A stretch of 63,594 nt of DNA, counting the filler, from Chiloscyllium plagiosum (lineage: Eukaryota), in NCBI RefSeq assembly GCF_004010195.1. It is 5 parts of one record of this genome, joined end to end, with 100 filler letters (N's around TTAATTAATTAA, not from the genome) between each part and the next. Parts side by side here need not be neighbours in the genome. Positions count along the whole stretch, not along the records: positions 8,432 to 26,193 come from NC_057716.1; 4 more parts are not named here. One strand, 5' to 3'. Both the position numbers and the translations under genes were made by a program. Shown piece after piece: positions 12,130-24,964 of this stretch. Under the pieces are notes generated by a model that was not told the origin of the DNA, searched no databases, and worked only from the letters and a program-made list of their open reading frames with translations. Positions within the stretch are counted from its first letter, which is position 1. Each line of letters starts with the position of its first letter.

Positions 12130-12765
12130 AAAATTGCAGTTGAGACAGATGGATTGAGTGAGTTGGCAAAAGTCTGTCAGTTCAGTAAATTGTGGGAAAA
12201 ATGAAATTGTTTAATTTGGCAGGAAGAATGAAATAGCAGAGAATGTCTTTAAAAGAGAATTCCGAACTACAGATGGATTTGTGTGTTCTGTTACATGAAT
12301 CATGTAAAATGCAGATACAGAAAATAATTGAGAAAGCTAATGGAATGATATCATTAATTGCAAGAGGAAGTGAATGTGAAAGGCAAGGATGCTACCCTTA
12401 AATTTTATAGAACTTTAATGAAACAACATCTCAGATACTATGTTCAGTTTTGTTTTCTTATCTAAGGAAGGATGAGATGCATTGGAGGTTGTTCAGAGGC
12501 AGTTTAATAAGCTGACATCTGGAATTAGTGGCATTTCTTATGAGGATGGTTAAACTGGCTAGGCTTACTTCCAATGAAGTTCAGGCATGTGTGCTCAACA
12601 TTTATTGAAGCATAGAAGATGTTGAAAGGCCTTGACACAATGTTGTGCAAAGTTTTATGGGTGAATCCAAGACCAACGTACACAATTTAAAAATTAGGTG
12701 TTGCCCTTTCAGGACAGAGATGAGAATTTATTTTTATTTTCAGAGGGTTGTGCAACTTTGGATCT
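12130..12765 (+). mobile_element. Old CR1 RT C-terminal fragment
   Basis: Degenerate LQ..DGLSELA, HFGRKN, YYVQF, FFQRVVQLW motifs. Confidence 0.8.
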
Positions 12766-12767
12766 CT

Positions 12768-12822
12768 CTGCACACACTCACACACACTCTCTCTCTCTCA
12801 CATGCACGCGCACACGCATATA
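12768..12822. repeat. Compound (CA)n(CT)n microsatellite
   Basis: cacacactcacacacactctctctctctcacatgcacgcgcacacgc. Confidence 0.8.
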
Positions 12823-12825
12823 CAT

Positions 12826-13183
12826 CATAGAGTGATACAGATGTACAGCATGGAAACAGACCCTGCGGTCCAACTTGTCCATGCCGACCAGATATCCCAA
12901 CCCAATTTAATCCCACCTGCCAGCACCCTCATAATTTTGTAAACCTCTATAAGGTCACTCCTCAGCCTCCGACACTCAAGGGAAAACAGCCCCAGCCTGT
13001 TCAGCCTCTCCCTATAGCTCAAATTCTCCAACCCAGGCAACATCCTTGTAAATCTTTTCTGAACCCTTTCAAATTTCACAACGTCTTTCTGATAGGAAGG
13101 AGACCAGAAACCTGAATGGGTTCAGAAAAGATTTACAAGGATGTTGCCAGGATTGGAGGATTTGAGCTATAGGGAGAGGCTGA
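12826..13183 (-). mobile_element. Internally deleted CR1 3' end with a short inverted copy at its 5' side
   Basis: CR1 tail at 12826; 13002-13066 and 13118-13182 are near reverse complements. Confidence 0.85.
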
Positions 13184-13184
13184 A

Positions 13185-13675
13185 GTCTATGGATGAATTT
13201 ACATTTGCAGAATTGTAATTGCAGGTACATTCTATTTTGTTCAAAAAACACAATCTGTAGGTAGTAAATCCATGTGACATTTTATAAGTTCCTACTTTGG
13301 AAATAGAACCAGTCTGACTCCAGATTGGGATACAGACAGACTCTAACCTTACACTTTTAATGAATTGTCTGAGCTGAGATTCATCTTTTTTTTAGAAAAC
13401 CTAAGTTATCTCAAGAATGTGTTTTGAAAGAAGTTCTGGGATTCACATATTAATGAATTGAAACCTGCAACCCATTGTAAAAGATGAAAGGCTTAACAGC
13501 AATGTAAGTTTGTTCAATATATTGTATCAGTTGCATGCATGGCACTGTGATCTTATGCTATAAATGCTGTGTCTTGTGATTCTGCTCCACAGCTACCTGA
13601 TGAAGGAACAGCAGTCTGAAAGCTAGAACTTCCAAATAAACCTATTGGACTATAACCTGGTCTTGTGTGATTTGT
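13185..13675 (+). mobile_element. PLE family B 3' region with hammerhead motif (CTGATGA 13597-13603, GAAA-GCTA)
   Basis: acctgatgaaggaacagcagtctgaaagctag..ttccaaataaacctattggactataacctgg; homologous to 4985-5135. Confidence 0.7.
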
Positions 13676-13874
13676 TAAAACTACTTTTAAGAGACAAGTG
13701 AGTAAATTCTTATTAGTGGGTAATTGAGGGTCATTGAAGGTAAATGGGCATGTGAAATTTGAAACAAAGATCGTTATGATCTCGTTGAATAGCAGGACAT
13801 TCTTGATGGGCTGAAGGGTCTACTTCTAATCTTATTTTGTGGCATGGAATGCAAAAGTTCACATTGTGTTTGTT

Positions 13875-14480
13875 TGTTTGTGGGATGTAGGCAAGGCCAG
13901 CATTTATTAACAGTCCATAATTGCCCTTGTGAAGATGGTTGTAAAGCGTCTTCTTGAAGCTGTGATGTCCAGTCTATTTGGTATATGGACATATGCAATA
14001 TGTGTTACACCCTCTCTAATGGAATTGTGGTTCTACCTATAGCAAATAGACTGCAACAGTTGAAGTAGGCCCCTCACCACCATGTTTGCAATGACAACTG
14101 GGGAGAGCAATAAATTCTGGTCAGCCTATGACACCTCCATCCCATGGATTAAAAAAATGATTATGTTATACAGTATTATTGAGGTAGTTGTATCTTGATC
14201 ACTCAATAGTGAAGGAGTGTTGATATATTTCCAATTCAGCTTGGAAGGGAATTTCCATTGTGCCATTTGATCAGCTTCTTGATAGTAGAAGTTGAGACTG
14301 ATAAAGGAAGACACCTTGATGAGCTTCTGCACTGTTCTTGTAGATGGTATGTACTGCTGCCACTGTTCATAAATGGAAGAGCTAGTGAATGTGAGTTGTG
14401 ATAGATTTAGTGCAGGTTAAGTGGGCTACTGTGTCCTGGATGGAGCATGTACCATCATACTTCTGAAATGTGCCTAGCAG
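13875..14480. mobile_element. Ancient non-LTR retrotransposon 3' fragments in both orientations
   Basis: ggccagcatttatt..aattgccctt motif; related pieces at 14040-14160, 19130-19230 and 46490-46700. Confidence 0.5.
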
Positions 14481-14912
14481 GCAGCTTTGATTTGATTTGA
14501 TTTATTTATTGCCATGCGCATTTTGTGACAAAATATCGCGAAAAGTGTATTATGGTGTTGCCATTCTCAGCTTTTGGTGAGTTGGGGGGGACATTACTTA
14601 CTGTGCAATTTAACTCATAAAGTCTAACAGTTGAAAACTTTAAGCAGGAACAAATATCAAATGGCATACTATAGATGTGGCCTCTTGATAACGGGAACCC
14701 CACCGACAGGGGAAATTCCATGACTGCTGAAGCAAAATACAGCAAATTGGATTACAATTTATTCAATAACAGCTCCAAAACAACAATTTAAAATAAAACT
14801 GCTTGTTTTGATTTTAAATATTCTGCAGTCATTTTTCCAAACTAAGATGACTCTTTTGTGGGTTGAGATTAAAGTTAAACCAACGACAGCCAGAGAATGC
14901 TCAACACATCAT

Positions 14913-15551
14913 AAATAGTGCGGTGAAGAAGGCATATGGCGTACTGGCTTTTATTGGTAAAGGAATTGGGTTCCGGAGCCCTGAGGTCATGTTGCAGTTG
15001 TATAAGACTCTGGTGCGGCTGCATCTGGAGTATTGTGTGCAGGTTTTGTCGCCATATGCCAAAGGAAGGATGTGGAGGCACTGGAACGGGTGCAGAGGAG
15101 GTTTACCAGGATGTTGCCTGGTATGGTAGGAAGATCGTATGAGGAAAGGCTGAGGCACTTGGGGTTGTTTTCAATGGAGAAAAGAAGGTTTAGGGGTGAC
15201 TTGATAGAGGTGTACAAGATGATTAGGGGTTTAGATAGGGTTGACCATGAGAACCTTTTTCCACGTATGGAGTCAGCTATTACGAGGGGGCATAGCTTTA
15301 AATTAAGGGGTGGTAGGTATAGGACAGATGTTAGGGGTAGGTTCTTTACTCAGCGAGTCGTGAGTTCATGGAATGCCCTGCCAATAGCAGTGGTAGACTC
15401 TCCTTCTTTATGGGCATTTAAACGGGCATAGGATAGGCATATGGAGGATAGTGGGCTAGTGTAGGTTAGGTGGGCTTGGATCGGCGCAACATCGAGGGCC
15501 AAAGGGCCTGTACTGCGCTGTATTCTTCTATGTTCTATGTTATATGTTCTA
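14913..15551 (+). mobile_element. Young CR1 3' end with (tgttcta)n tail
   Basis: LERVQRRFTRMLPG, RGDLIEVYK, FFTQRVVSSWN; highly similar to 43151-43770. Confidence 0.95.
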
Positions 15552-15563
15552 TCACCATTGCAG

Positions 15564-15741
15564 AGTAGTGCTGGAAAAGCACAGCAGGTCAGGCAGCATC
15601 CGGGGAGCAGGAAAATCGACGTTTTGGGACAAAGCCCTAACTGATGAAGGGCTTTTGCCTGAAACGTCGATTTTCCTGCTCCTCAAATGCTGCCTGACCT
15701 GCTGTGCTTTTCCAACACCACTCTAATCTAAACTCTGGTTT
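15564..15741. mobile_element. Fold-back PLE-A mini-element, possible 7-bp TSD attgcag
   Basis: Inverted arms around ~15640; hammerhead CTGATGA 15641-15647, GAAACGTC 15661-15668; attgcag at 15557-15563 and 15742-15748. Confidence 0.85.
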
Positions 15742-16164
15742 ATTGCAGTCAGGCAATAATCAATGACCAACTAAAGTAATGGCCAGTAAAGGAACTGCAA
15801 CTCAGTGAGAAGAAAGTCAGAAAGAAACTGTAAAGTGCTTCAGATTGCAATAAAAAAACCTGCAAAATGACCAAAGAATTTCCAACAGTCAAACCAAAAG
15901 TAATGACTCTTTTATTTGAATTCACCTTGTACTCACAATATGTTTCCTGGATCTTGATACTTCCAAACAATACAAGTAAACCATTAAAGTTAAAATGCTT
16001 TAAGTAATGGATGCATCCATAGACTGAACATGTCAGATATGTCTGAAGACATCTGGAAAATCCATTAAATATATAATAAATTGTGAGTGAAGCTCAATAC
16101 TTGAATATAACTCTGTAATTCAACTAATTTAGGAGACAATCAATGGAGAACGTTGACCTTTTTT

Positions 16165-16435
16165 GATCCATTCACAAGACCGTGGGTGTTGATGCATTTA
16201 CTGTCCATCCCTAATTGTTCAAAGGGCAATTATGAGTCAATCAACTTACTGTCTGTCTGGAGTCACATGTAAGCCAGACAAGGTAAGGACAGAAGATTTC
16301 CTTTCCTAAAAGACTTTAGTCAACCAGATTGGTTTCTACCCCTCGAATCAATCATGGTTTAATGATAATCCTGACTCTTATTCCCTGATGTTTACTGAGT
16401 GCAATTCCACTATCTGCCATGGCATGATTTGAATA
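16165..16435 (-). mobile_element. Second tRNA-derived SINE family
   Basis: gagtcacatgtaagccagac..aaggacagaagatttcc; homologs in the opposite orientation at 40450-40750 and 43815-43950. Confidence 0.6.
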
Positions 16436-16449
16436 GGTCATGACTTAAG

Positions 16450-16740
16450 AGGCATGGAGGCTCTTAGAACGGAGACAAGGAGGAATTTCTTCAGGGTGGT
16501 GAATCGATGGAACTCACTGCAGTATCTGCAAAGAGGAGGATGTGGAGGCCAAATAGTTAAGTATATTTAAGACAGAGATGGATGAGTAATCAGTAATCCC
16601 ATACTAATCAGTAGGGGATCAAAGGTTTCAGGGAGAAAGTAGGAGAAAGGGAGTTAAAAAACATATCAGCCACGATTGAATGGCAGAGAAGACTCAATGT
16701 GCCAAATGGCTGAATTCTGTTGACATATTTTACAGTCTTT
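16450..16740 (+). mobile_element. CR1 3' fragment
   Basis: RRNFF..RVVNRWNSL; CR1-type 3' UTR. Confidence 0.75.
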
Positions 16741-17249
16741 TTAAGATGATACATAGATAAGGGCCCTGATTGTCACTTCATGCTGTTATAGCTAGCGAGC
16801 AAATTAAGCTTTTTGAGCTTATGGTAACATCTAAGCTAATAAAAATTTACCCAAAGGATCTCTTAGACCAACCCAAAGGTTACACCATGGACATAATGCT
16901 ACAAAATGGACACAAATAAAAAGTTATACAAATTGGTAGACAGAGTCTATAGTCTGTAGCAAAGTTCACTACTGGCAGATAGCAATGCATGCAAGTTTAA
17001 TCAACACTAAGGTAGTACAGTCTCATACATGCACCCAGAAAATGCAACAGAGGAAGAGTTAGCACAAACTAGACACAAAACTACAAACATCTACAGTTGC
17101 AAACATCCTTCCCCTTCATAAAATGTAATGTACATATCTGCAGAGATGGCAAGTAATGATTCAGCCAACTAACAATTAAATTTACTGCTCACAATGGCAC
17201 AGAAGCTCTACTGCCATGATCCAGTGCATATGTCATTATAAACCTTAGC

Positions 17250-17473
17250 TGAAAATGTGTTGCTGGAAAAGCGCAGCAGGTCAGGCAGCATCCAAGGAAC
17301 AGGAGAATCGACGTTTCGGGCATAAGCCCTTCTTCAAATCCTTCTTCCTGAAGAAGGGCTTATGCCCGAAACGTCGATTCTCCTGTTCCTTGGATGCTGT
17401 CTGACCTGATGCGCTTTTCCAGCAACATATTTTCAGCTCTGATCTCCAGCATCTGCAGTCCTCACTTTCTCCC
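17250..17473. mobile_element. Fold-back PLE-A mini-element with 16-bp TSD
   Basis: TSD cattataaaccttagc 17234-17249 / 17474-17489; ~85-bp inverted arms; 3' tail on the right arm only; hammerhead CTGAAGA 17348-17354. Confidence 0.95.
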
Positions 17474-17885
17474 CATTATAAACCTTAGCCTAGTTATGTA
17501 AATGTTTTGTCTTAGGAATATCATTGATCAATAAATATAGCTGACCAATGTTCAAGTATCCGCCCTTGGTCACCATTAATTTTCCTTTCAAGACACGAGA
17601 CACAGTCAGAACCCATGCTCACACATCAAGAAGATAACCTGACTCTACAATGTGAATCATACGCCAACAGCAGTGTTTGAAACAATACACATATGTTTTG
17701 AGTGGTAATACTTACTTTTTGGAGCAGCATGGATCCATTATTATAAATTCATTGAGAAGAAAGCATTTGATAAATATATAATAAAAAATGGCAATTGATG
17801 TATTGGACGTGCAGAGCGTTGGAGCTCTGGGATGCTTGTGTGTTCCAGACGAAACATGTCCATGGTATATATCTGCCCCTTAAGG

Positions 17886-18985
17886 AGCAAAAACAGAAAT
17901 TTCTGGAAAAATGTAGCAGGTCTGGCAGTATCTGCAAAGAGGAATAACAGCTAACTGATGGTAGTTAGGAAATACTGGGTTACATGCAGAAGATAGGGTT
18001 GGTGGGGTGGGAGGGAGTAAACAAGAGGTAAGGATAGAGCCCAAAAATAGGAAAGGACAGTTGGACAGATAAAGGATTGGATAACAATCTGGCTAGGAGG
18101 GTGAATAGCTGATAATGCAAACTGTTTGTGGCTAACAATAAGTAGCATGCAAGGGCAGACTATGTGATAGCAAGGCCTGGTATGTGCGGTAGTGGGCTAA
18201 GACATGGGAGAGTTCAGGCCCTAAAATTATGGAACTTGATATTGAGTCTGGAGGGTTGCAGGGTCCCTAAGTGGAAAATGAGGTTTGCTGGAGCACTGCC
18301 TGAGACAGAGATGTTGGCCAGGGAACAGGGTGATGTGTTCAAGTAGCAGGCATTGGAAGCTCAGGGTCTTTTTGCAGACAGAACGTAGATATTCTGTGAA
18401 GCAGTCACCCAGTCTATGCTTCGTTTCCATCACGTAGAGGAGACTACATTGTGAGCAGTGAAAACAGTGGACTAGATTGTGAGAACTGAAGGTAAAGTAC
18501 TGCTTTACCTGGAAGGTATGCTTGGGCCCTTGGATACTGAGGAAGAAGGAGACAAATGGACAGGTGTTACACCTTCGTCGGTTGCAAGGGAAGGTGCCAT
18601 AGAGCTGTGCGGGTGTGTAGGGAGTCAAGGAAGAGTGGACAAGTATATCCTGGAGGGAATGGTTCCTATGAAAGGTGACAAGGGAGGGGAAGGGAATTTG
18701 TTTCTGGTGGTGGCATCATGCTGGAGGTAGTGGAAATGCCAGCTGATGATCTTCTGGACGTAAATGCTGGTGGGATGGTAGGTAAGGACAAGGGGAACCT
18801 TATCACCGTTGCAGGAGGGAAGCGAGGGAATGAGGGCGGAAGTGCAGGAGATTGATCGGACCCAGCTGAGGGCCCTGTCAACAATAATGCTGGGGAATCC
18901 TCAGTTAGGAAGAAGGTAGATATTTCAGAGGCTCCTTTGTCGAAGGTGGCCTCATCGGAATGTAAGGGACGGACACAGAGGAACT
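17886..18985 (-). mobile_element. PLE family C, 5'-truncated; GIY-YIG endonuclease pseudogene
   Basis: ORF 18227-18628: GTFPCNRRRCNTCPF..NLVHCFHCSQCSLLYVMETKHRLGDCF; terminus shared with 35430-35480 and 59140-59185. Confidence 0.9.
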
Positions 18986-19525
18986 TCAGTTCTGACCTTT
19001 AAAAAGGAATTCTAGGATACGATTGACATACTTAACAAATGCCATGAAAATAAATTATTCCTTGGGGCATACTGTGTCTGTGTACCAGGTTGAAATCTGT
19101 TCATTAATTTTTGAGATGTATTGTTGTTCAAATGACTAGCATGATGAAAACATTACCTCCACCCACCTTCAGTGGTAGAGATAATTAGGAATAATCACTG
19201 ACCTTGCCAACAATGCTGACATGCCACTAAACACAAAACAAATCAATACAATATTTCTGTGAGTAGATTTTTTTCTGCAGGGTTGTGTTACCATTCATTC
19301 AATGCAATAGATGAAATGGAAGGATATCTGTACAAAAATACTTGGTGTGTGAAAGATATAATTATCGAGCTTTTCTAGTTCCATTTGGGAGGAAGGAATG
19401 GGAAAGCAAGACATGTGAAATAAGCTGCAGCCTTCCTCGTAAGACCAGGATGAAAGTAACATTTGCCTGATAGAGCCTTTCTGCCTGCTAGGTATTCTCA
19501 TGGCATGAAAATGTTTTTTTCCCAT

Positions 19526-20316
19526 TTCCGAAAAGACCACTCCCTCTGTGACTCCCTCGTCAGGTCCATACCCCCCACCAACCCAACCTCCACTCCCGGC
19601 ACCTTCCCCTGCAACCGCAAGAAATGCAAAACTTGCGCCCACACCTCCCCCCTCACTTCCCTCCAAGAGCCCAAGGGATCATTCCATATCCGCCACAAAT
19701 TCACCTGCACCTCCACACACATCATTTACTGCATCCGCTGCACCCGATGTGGCCTCCTCTATATTGGGGAGACAGGCCGCCTATTTGCGGAACGTTTCAG
19801 AGAACACCTCTGGGACACCCGGACCAACCAACCCAACCACCCCGTGGCTCAACACTTCAACTCCCCCTCCCACTCCACCAAGGACATGCAGGTCCTTGGA
19901 CTCGTCCATCACCAGACCATAGCAACACGATGGTTGGAGGAAGAGCGCCTCATCTTCCGCCTAGGAACCCTCCAACCACAAGATATGAACTCAGATTTCT
20001 CCAGTTTCCTCATTTCCCCTGCCACCACCTTGTCTCACTCCCAACCCTCGAACTCAGCACCACCTTCCTAACCTGCAATCTTCTTCCTGATCTCTCCGCT
20101 CCCACCCCACTCCGGCCTATCTCTCTCATCTTAACCTCCTTCCACCTATCGCATTTCCAATGCCCCTCCCCCAAGTCCCTCCTCCCTACCTTTTATCTTG
20201 GCCTGCTTGGCACACTTTCCTCATTCCTGAAGAAGGGCTCATGCCTGAAATGTCGATTCTCCTGCTCCTTGGATGCTGCCTGACCTGCTGCGCTTTTCCA
20301 GCAACACATTTTCAGC
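19526..20316 (+). mobile_element. PLE family A, 5'-truncated, uninterrupted GIY-YIG domain to stop at 20071; 9-bp TSD
   Basis: PCNRKKCKTC, IIYCIRCTRCGLLYIGETGR..RFREH, VAQHFN, EERLIFRLGTLQP; hammerhead at 20227; TSD ttttcccat 19517-19525 / 20317-20325. Confidence 0.95.
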
Positions 20317-21854
20317 TTTTCCCATGTCAGACATGTGGGTAAAATGGCAATCAGATTGCACCTCCATCTTGCACCTGACATGTTCATGTCAAGAAGGAGT
20401 TTACTGGTTTGGACAGCTGTCTTTGGCACCTGAAGATCAGGTTAAAATTTGGGAATATGAAACCCTCGCATCATTCAACCAAGTGAGTAACTCAGGCTAT
20501 TTTAACTGCCTCCCTGCCAGGGAAGTAGTGTAAAAATCTCTGCATTTATTTTGAATTCCTGGAAAAAAGATAAACATTGCACCATCACTGAATCTAGGTC
20601 ATTAATTGAACAGCTGGGACTTGGTGAATAGTGCAATTAATTCCTTACTTAATTAGTTTTGTTTGCATATTTCTTGCCCTGGGCTGAGGACGTAGATGCA
20701 AGGATTCAAAAGTCCAGATTAAATTAAATTAATGAAAGTCAATGAAGGGAAAATTAATTAAACTATTTTAAGGTATGAAATTCTGATGGGGCCAGATCAG
20801 CAATCAGAAATGCATATTTTGCATTTCCCATGTCCAGAGGTGTCCTCTTGGGAATTCTTAATATTAGTCTACCCCTCACAGGATTTATATCATACAGTTA
20901 GAGTGCCACAGATGTGAAAGGTTGTATGTAGAGGCAGGAGGATAGGGAGATTTTGTACATTGGAGAACAAATCTATTAAGAATAGCTCTATAATACTGCA
21001 CTTAAAATTTCTGTTGCCACCAACAGCTCAAATATATGGTTTATAGTATTCATTCAGGAATTGTCCAATTCTAACAGAAGAGCTAGAATAGGGATCCTGT
21101 TACTGAAAGTGCCCTGTACTTTACGCTGAGGAGTTCTGATAGCAAAGATGGTTTACCATTTTCTGGAAAGAGACACCCTCCTCAGCAAGCTGGAGTCATG
21201 GTGAATGAAGCAGTCGTGAGGATAAATATGATGTCTTCTGTAAGATTATTCTTCCATATCAGGAAATAATTCAATGATTTTGAGAAGTTCTCTCAAGAAT
21301 TGGTTGCAATCACTCAGCGGACTGCCGACAAAATAAAGAAAATCTACCATCAACCAGGTACAAGTGCACATGGGAATCTTCATATCAAACGCAACACGTC
21401 TTTCATCTTTCCTGTAAATTTTGAATCAGACTGCACAGAAGGATGTCATTTGCCTTTGTGTAGTGGTTTCAGTTCTTTGAAAGTGATGTCCAATTATTTC
21501 AAATTCCATATCCTAATGTATCCCCAGAACCCTGAAAATTCATCCTTCTCAAGTAAATATCTAATTCCCTTTCAAAGTTGCCACTGGGAATGCTTCTATT
21601 GCACTTTCAATGAGTTCATTTTGGCTCCGAGCAACTCACTGTATAAGAATACTGTATGTTTATAGCTTTGATTTTGTTGTCAATTAGCTTAAAAATATAT
21701 TCTCCTGAGTCTGGATTTTAGTTTTCTCTTTTTCCTTATTCAAAAATTCTTCTAATTTTGAACACTTAATTGAATCACCAGTTAGCATTTTTGCTCCAAT
21801 ACAAACAATCTCACCTTCACTAGAACAGCTCGAAGTATCTTAAAGGAATCTATT

Positions 21855-22870
21855 ATGGAAAGTATTCAGCCTGGAGCTCAGTGATCAGTGGCGTTCCACA
21901 GGGATCTGCTCTGGGGCCTCTGCACTTTGTGATTTTTATAAATGACTTGGATGAGGAAGTGGATGAGTGGATTAGTCAGTTTGCCGATGGCATGAAGGTT
22001 GGTGGAGTTGTGGATCGTGTGAAGGGCTGTTGTCGGTTGCAACAGGACATTGACAAAATGCAGAGCTGGGCTGAGAAGTGGCAGATGAAGTTCAACTTGG
22101 AAAAGTGTGAAGTGGTTCATTTTGGAAGGTTGAATTTAAATGCAGAATATGGGGTTAAAGGCAGCTTGCTTGGCTGTGTGGAGGAACAGATGGATCTTGT
22201 CCATAGATCCCTCAAAGTTGCCACCCAAGTTGATAGGGTTGTTAAGAAGGGGTATGGTGTGTTGGCTTTCATTTGCAGGGGGATTGAGTTTAATGGCCGT
22301 GAGGCTATGCTGCAGTTCTATAAAGCCATGGTTTAGACCACACTTGGAATATGTATTCAGTTCTGGTCGCCTCAATACAGGAAGGATATGGAAGCTTTAG
22401 AGAGGGTGCAGAGGAGATTTATCAGGATGCTACCTGGACTGGAGGTCCCTGTCTTATGAAGAAACGTTGAGTGAGTTAGGACTTTTCTCATTGGAGCAAA
22501 GAAGGATGATAGGTGACTTGATAGAAGTGTACAAGATGATGAGAGGCATAGATAGAATGGATAGCTAGATACTTTTTCCCAAAGCAGTCATGACTATCAC
22601 GAGGTGGCACAATTGGAGAAAGGTTTAAGGGAGATGCCAGAGGTAGGTTTGGTACACAGAGTGGTGGTTACGTGGAATGCACTGCTAGCCAATGATAGTA
22701 GAGTCAGATACTTTAGGTACATTTAAGCAACTCTTGGACAGACACGTAGATGATAGTAAAATATAGAGTATGTGCGTTAGTTTGATCTTAGAGTAGGATT
22801 AAAGGTCAGCACAACATCGAGGGCTGAAAGTCCTGTACTGAGTTGTACTATTCTACGTTCTATGTTCTAT
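21855..22870 (+). mobile_element. CR1 RT plus 3' end
   Basis: SGVPQGSALGPL..FINDLD..FADGMK; ttctatgttcta tail. Confidence 0.95.
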
Positions 22871-24314
22871 AATCCCTGTTGACAAGAATGACATGGAAAA
22901 TATAAGTGATAAATCTAGTTTTGAAGCTGCAGATTTATTCTTTCAGCTTTGTCTCTATTCAAATAAATAATTATTTGCTAATAAATTCTATGAATCCGTA
23001 GTTTCCATGTTAGCATTAAATTGTTCCAGTGACTACTCAAGTGTTTGGTAAACCAGGGATTTGCAATTGGATTTCTGGCTTTTCCAATGGCCCACAAGGA
23101 TACAAGGTATCAATAAAAGATAATTGTGTGGTGTGAAGCCATATTTTTGAAATGTCTTAGTTACGTATTTCTGAATTATTTACACCATAACTTTATCTCA
23201 GTTTGATACAAGAAATATTACATAAAATTTGCATTTTTCTCTGTAATGTTGCCCTTATAGTAGAATTATTCTCAAAGTCTGTTTCCATAGTTCTCAATGT
23301 AATTTTTTCCCTCTGTGTTTATCAAACACGTTTATCGAGGACTTAGCAATTGAAGTAAAGCTAGTCACACTTTCATGCATTATGCTCTGCTTTTCATTTG
23401 GGCAAGAGTTAGATTAATCACATTTCTTCTAAGACTGGCTTTCAACATATGGTTTTTAATAATTTTCTTCAAGAGGGAACTTATTCATTAAATTCATGAC
23501 TATCTATTTCCATATTTTTGATCTTTGTGTTCAGTAATCTTTGATCACAATTTCATTGCTTCGTATTTTGGTTTTTGGTGTTTTGACATTCTTTTTTGGT
23601 TTTAAGAAACTTAGTGTTGTCTCAAAAAATCCTCCCATTACAAAAAGAACCTCAATGCAGAAACCAAGCCATATATTCCCCCATCTTTTATCTGTTCACT
23701 CTTGTTTCTTTAAATGTATAATGAACATATACTTTTTGTGAGATTTAGCAATCTTACCCTTCATATTCTTTCTTTCGTTGTGTGTTCTTGCTGCCTGAAG
23801 AACTATTCTACAACCTCTGATTGAATTTGTATTTTTGAGATGTATTAAATCTATATCTTAATGTATTAATGGAATAAAAGAGGGATACAATCAGTGGTTC
23901 AAACAATGCCAATTGTGATATGAGAGATTCTGGATTGATGGGGCATTTTATCCAAATAACACTGAATTAGTTCACTTTCATAGGTCATTGTATGCGTGTG
24001 CCGGTTAGACATGTGTCTTTGCATAGTTTCTGTTTCAGAATTCAAAACTGCTATGTTGTGCTAATATGTGTCACAAAGCTAGTCCCTTTTTTTCTAAAAG
24101 CTATTCCTTGGCACAAGGAGACTCTGTCTTTGATTTTTTTTAGAGGGGCAATAATCTGGCCCAGACTCAGATCAGTCTGATTTGGTACAGAGATGAGAAG
24201 GATTTTGAGAGGCCTTCAGTTTCTATGTAAAAAGATGAGACTTCAGGCCAAAGTGGTCATGCTTTATAATGAAAGGGGAGTGGTCAGCTCTTTAGCTGAG
24301 CTGAGCAGTTTTAG

Positions 24315-24525
24315 GAGAAAGTGAGGTCTGCAGATGCTGGAGATCAGAGCTGAAAATGTGTTGCTGCAAAAGCGCAGCAGGTCAGGCAGCATCCAGGGAA
24401 CAGGAGAATCGACGTTTCGGGCATAAGCCCTTCTTCAGGATTCCTGAAGAAGGGCTTATGCCTGAAACGTCGATTCTCCTGTTCCCTGGATGCTGCCTGA
24501 CCTGCTGCGCTTTTCCAGCAACACA
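24315..24525. mobile_element. Fold-back PLE-A mini-element with 14-bp TSD
   Basis: TSD ctgagcagttttag 24301-24314 / 24526-24539; near-perfect arms centred at ~24441; tail on the left arm. Confidence 0.95.
24405..24444 (-). ncRNA. Minimal type I hammerhead ribozyme motif
   Basis: Reverse complement: GAAUC-CUGAAGA-A-GGGC(UUAU)GCCC-GAAA-CGUC-GAUUC; stems I and II pair, palindromic ACGU stem III. Confidence 0.8.
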
Positions 24526-24964
24526 CTGAGCAGTTTTAGTTCAGTCTTGAACTGGTAAGTTCAACAGGGAGCAGTGTGGAAACTCTCTCTCTTTTCTCCC
24601 TTTCAAATTCCACCTGTAAGCATTTATACTGGGTTTTAAAGGGAGTTTGCTTATTGGGACTGTTGTGTATTTGGAACAGCATAATTAAGTCTAGCAAGAT
24701 AGGCTGAGTTCTGTAGGGGTTCTTTATTCTGTTCTTTGTGTTTCATTGCGTAATTTTGTGAATAGATTTTTTGTCTGTTTTAAAATCTAGTAGTCAACCT
24801 CGCTATCTTACTCTGGATAATTTTCACTGTACACTTATTGCAAAGTTAGGTCTAGGGCTGACTGCTTAAGAATGTTTTGAGTGGTCTGGCCTAGTCCATA
24901 ACATGATGGAAGTAATCTTGACAATGCATCATGTCATCTGAGATGCCCACCTTAACGATATATT

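Larger units (their letters stand above)
24069..24903 (+). mobile_element. Probable solo LTR interrupted by a PLE mini-element
   Basis: TGTCA...TAACA termini, TATA-like tataat (~24266), polyA-like aataga (24761), no coding content; TSD unconvincing. Confidence 0.45.

Noticed and set aside
17250..17473. Class II MITE or pre-miRNA interpretation of the palindromes
   Set aside because: Arms match the 3' end of GIY-YIG-coding PLEs in this window (20220-20316), are asymmetric and have variable 7-17 bp TSDs, unlike cut-and-paste elements; there is no miRNA evidence from sequence alone.
19463..20071. Host zinc-finger or nuclease gene
   Set aside because: 5'-truncated PLE endonuclease bounded by a TSD; the upstream start codon is in unrelated flank.
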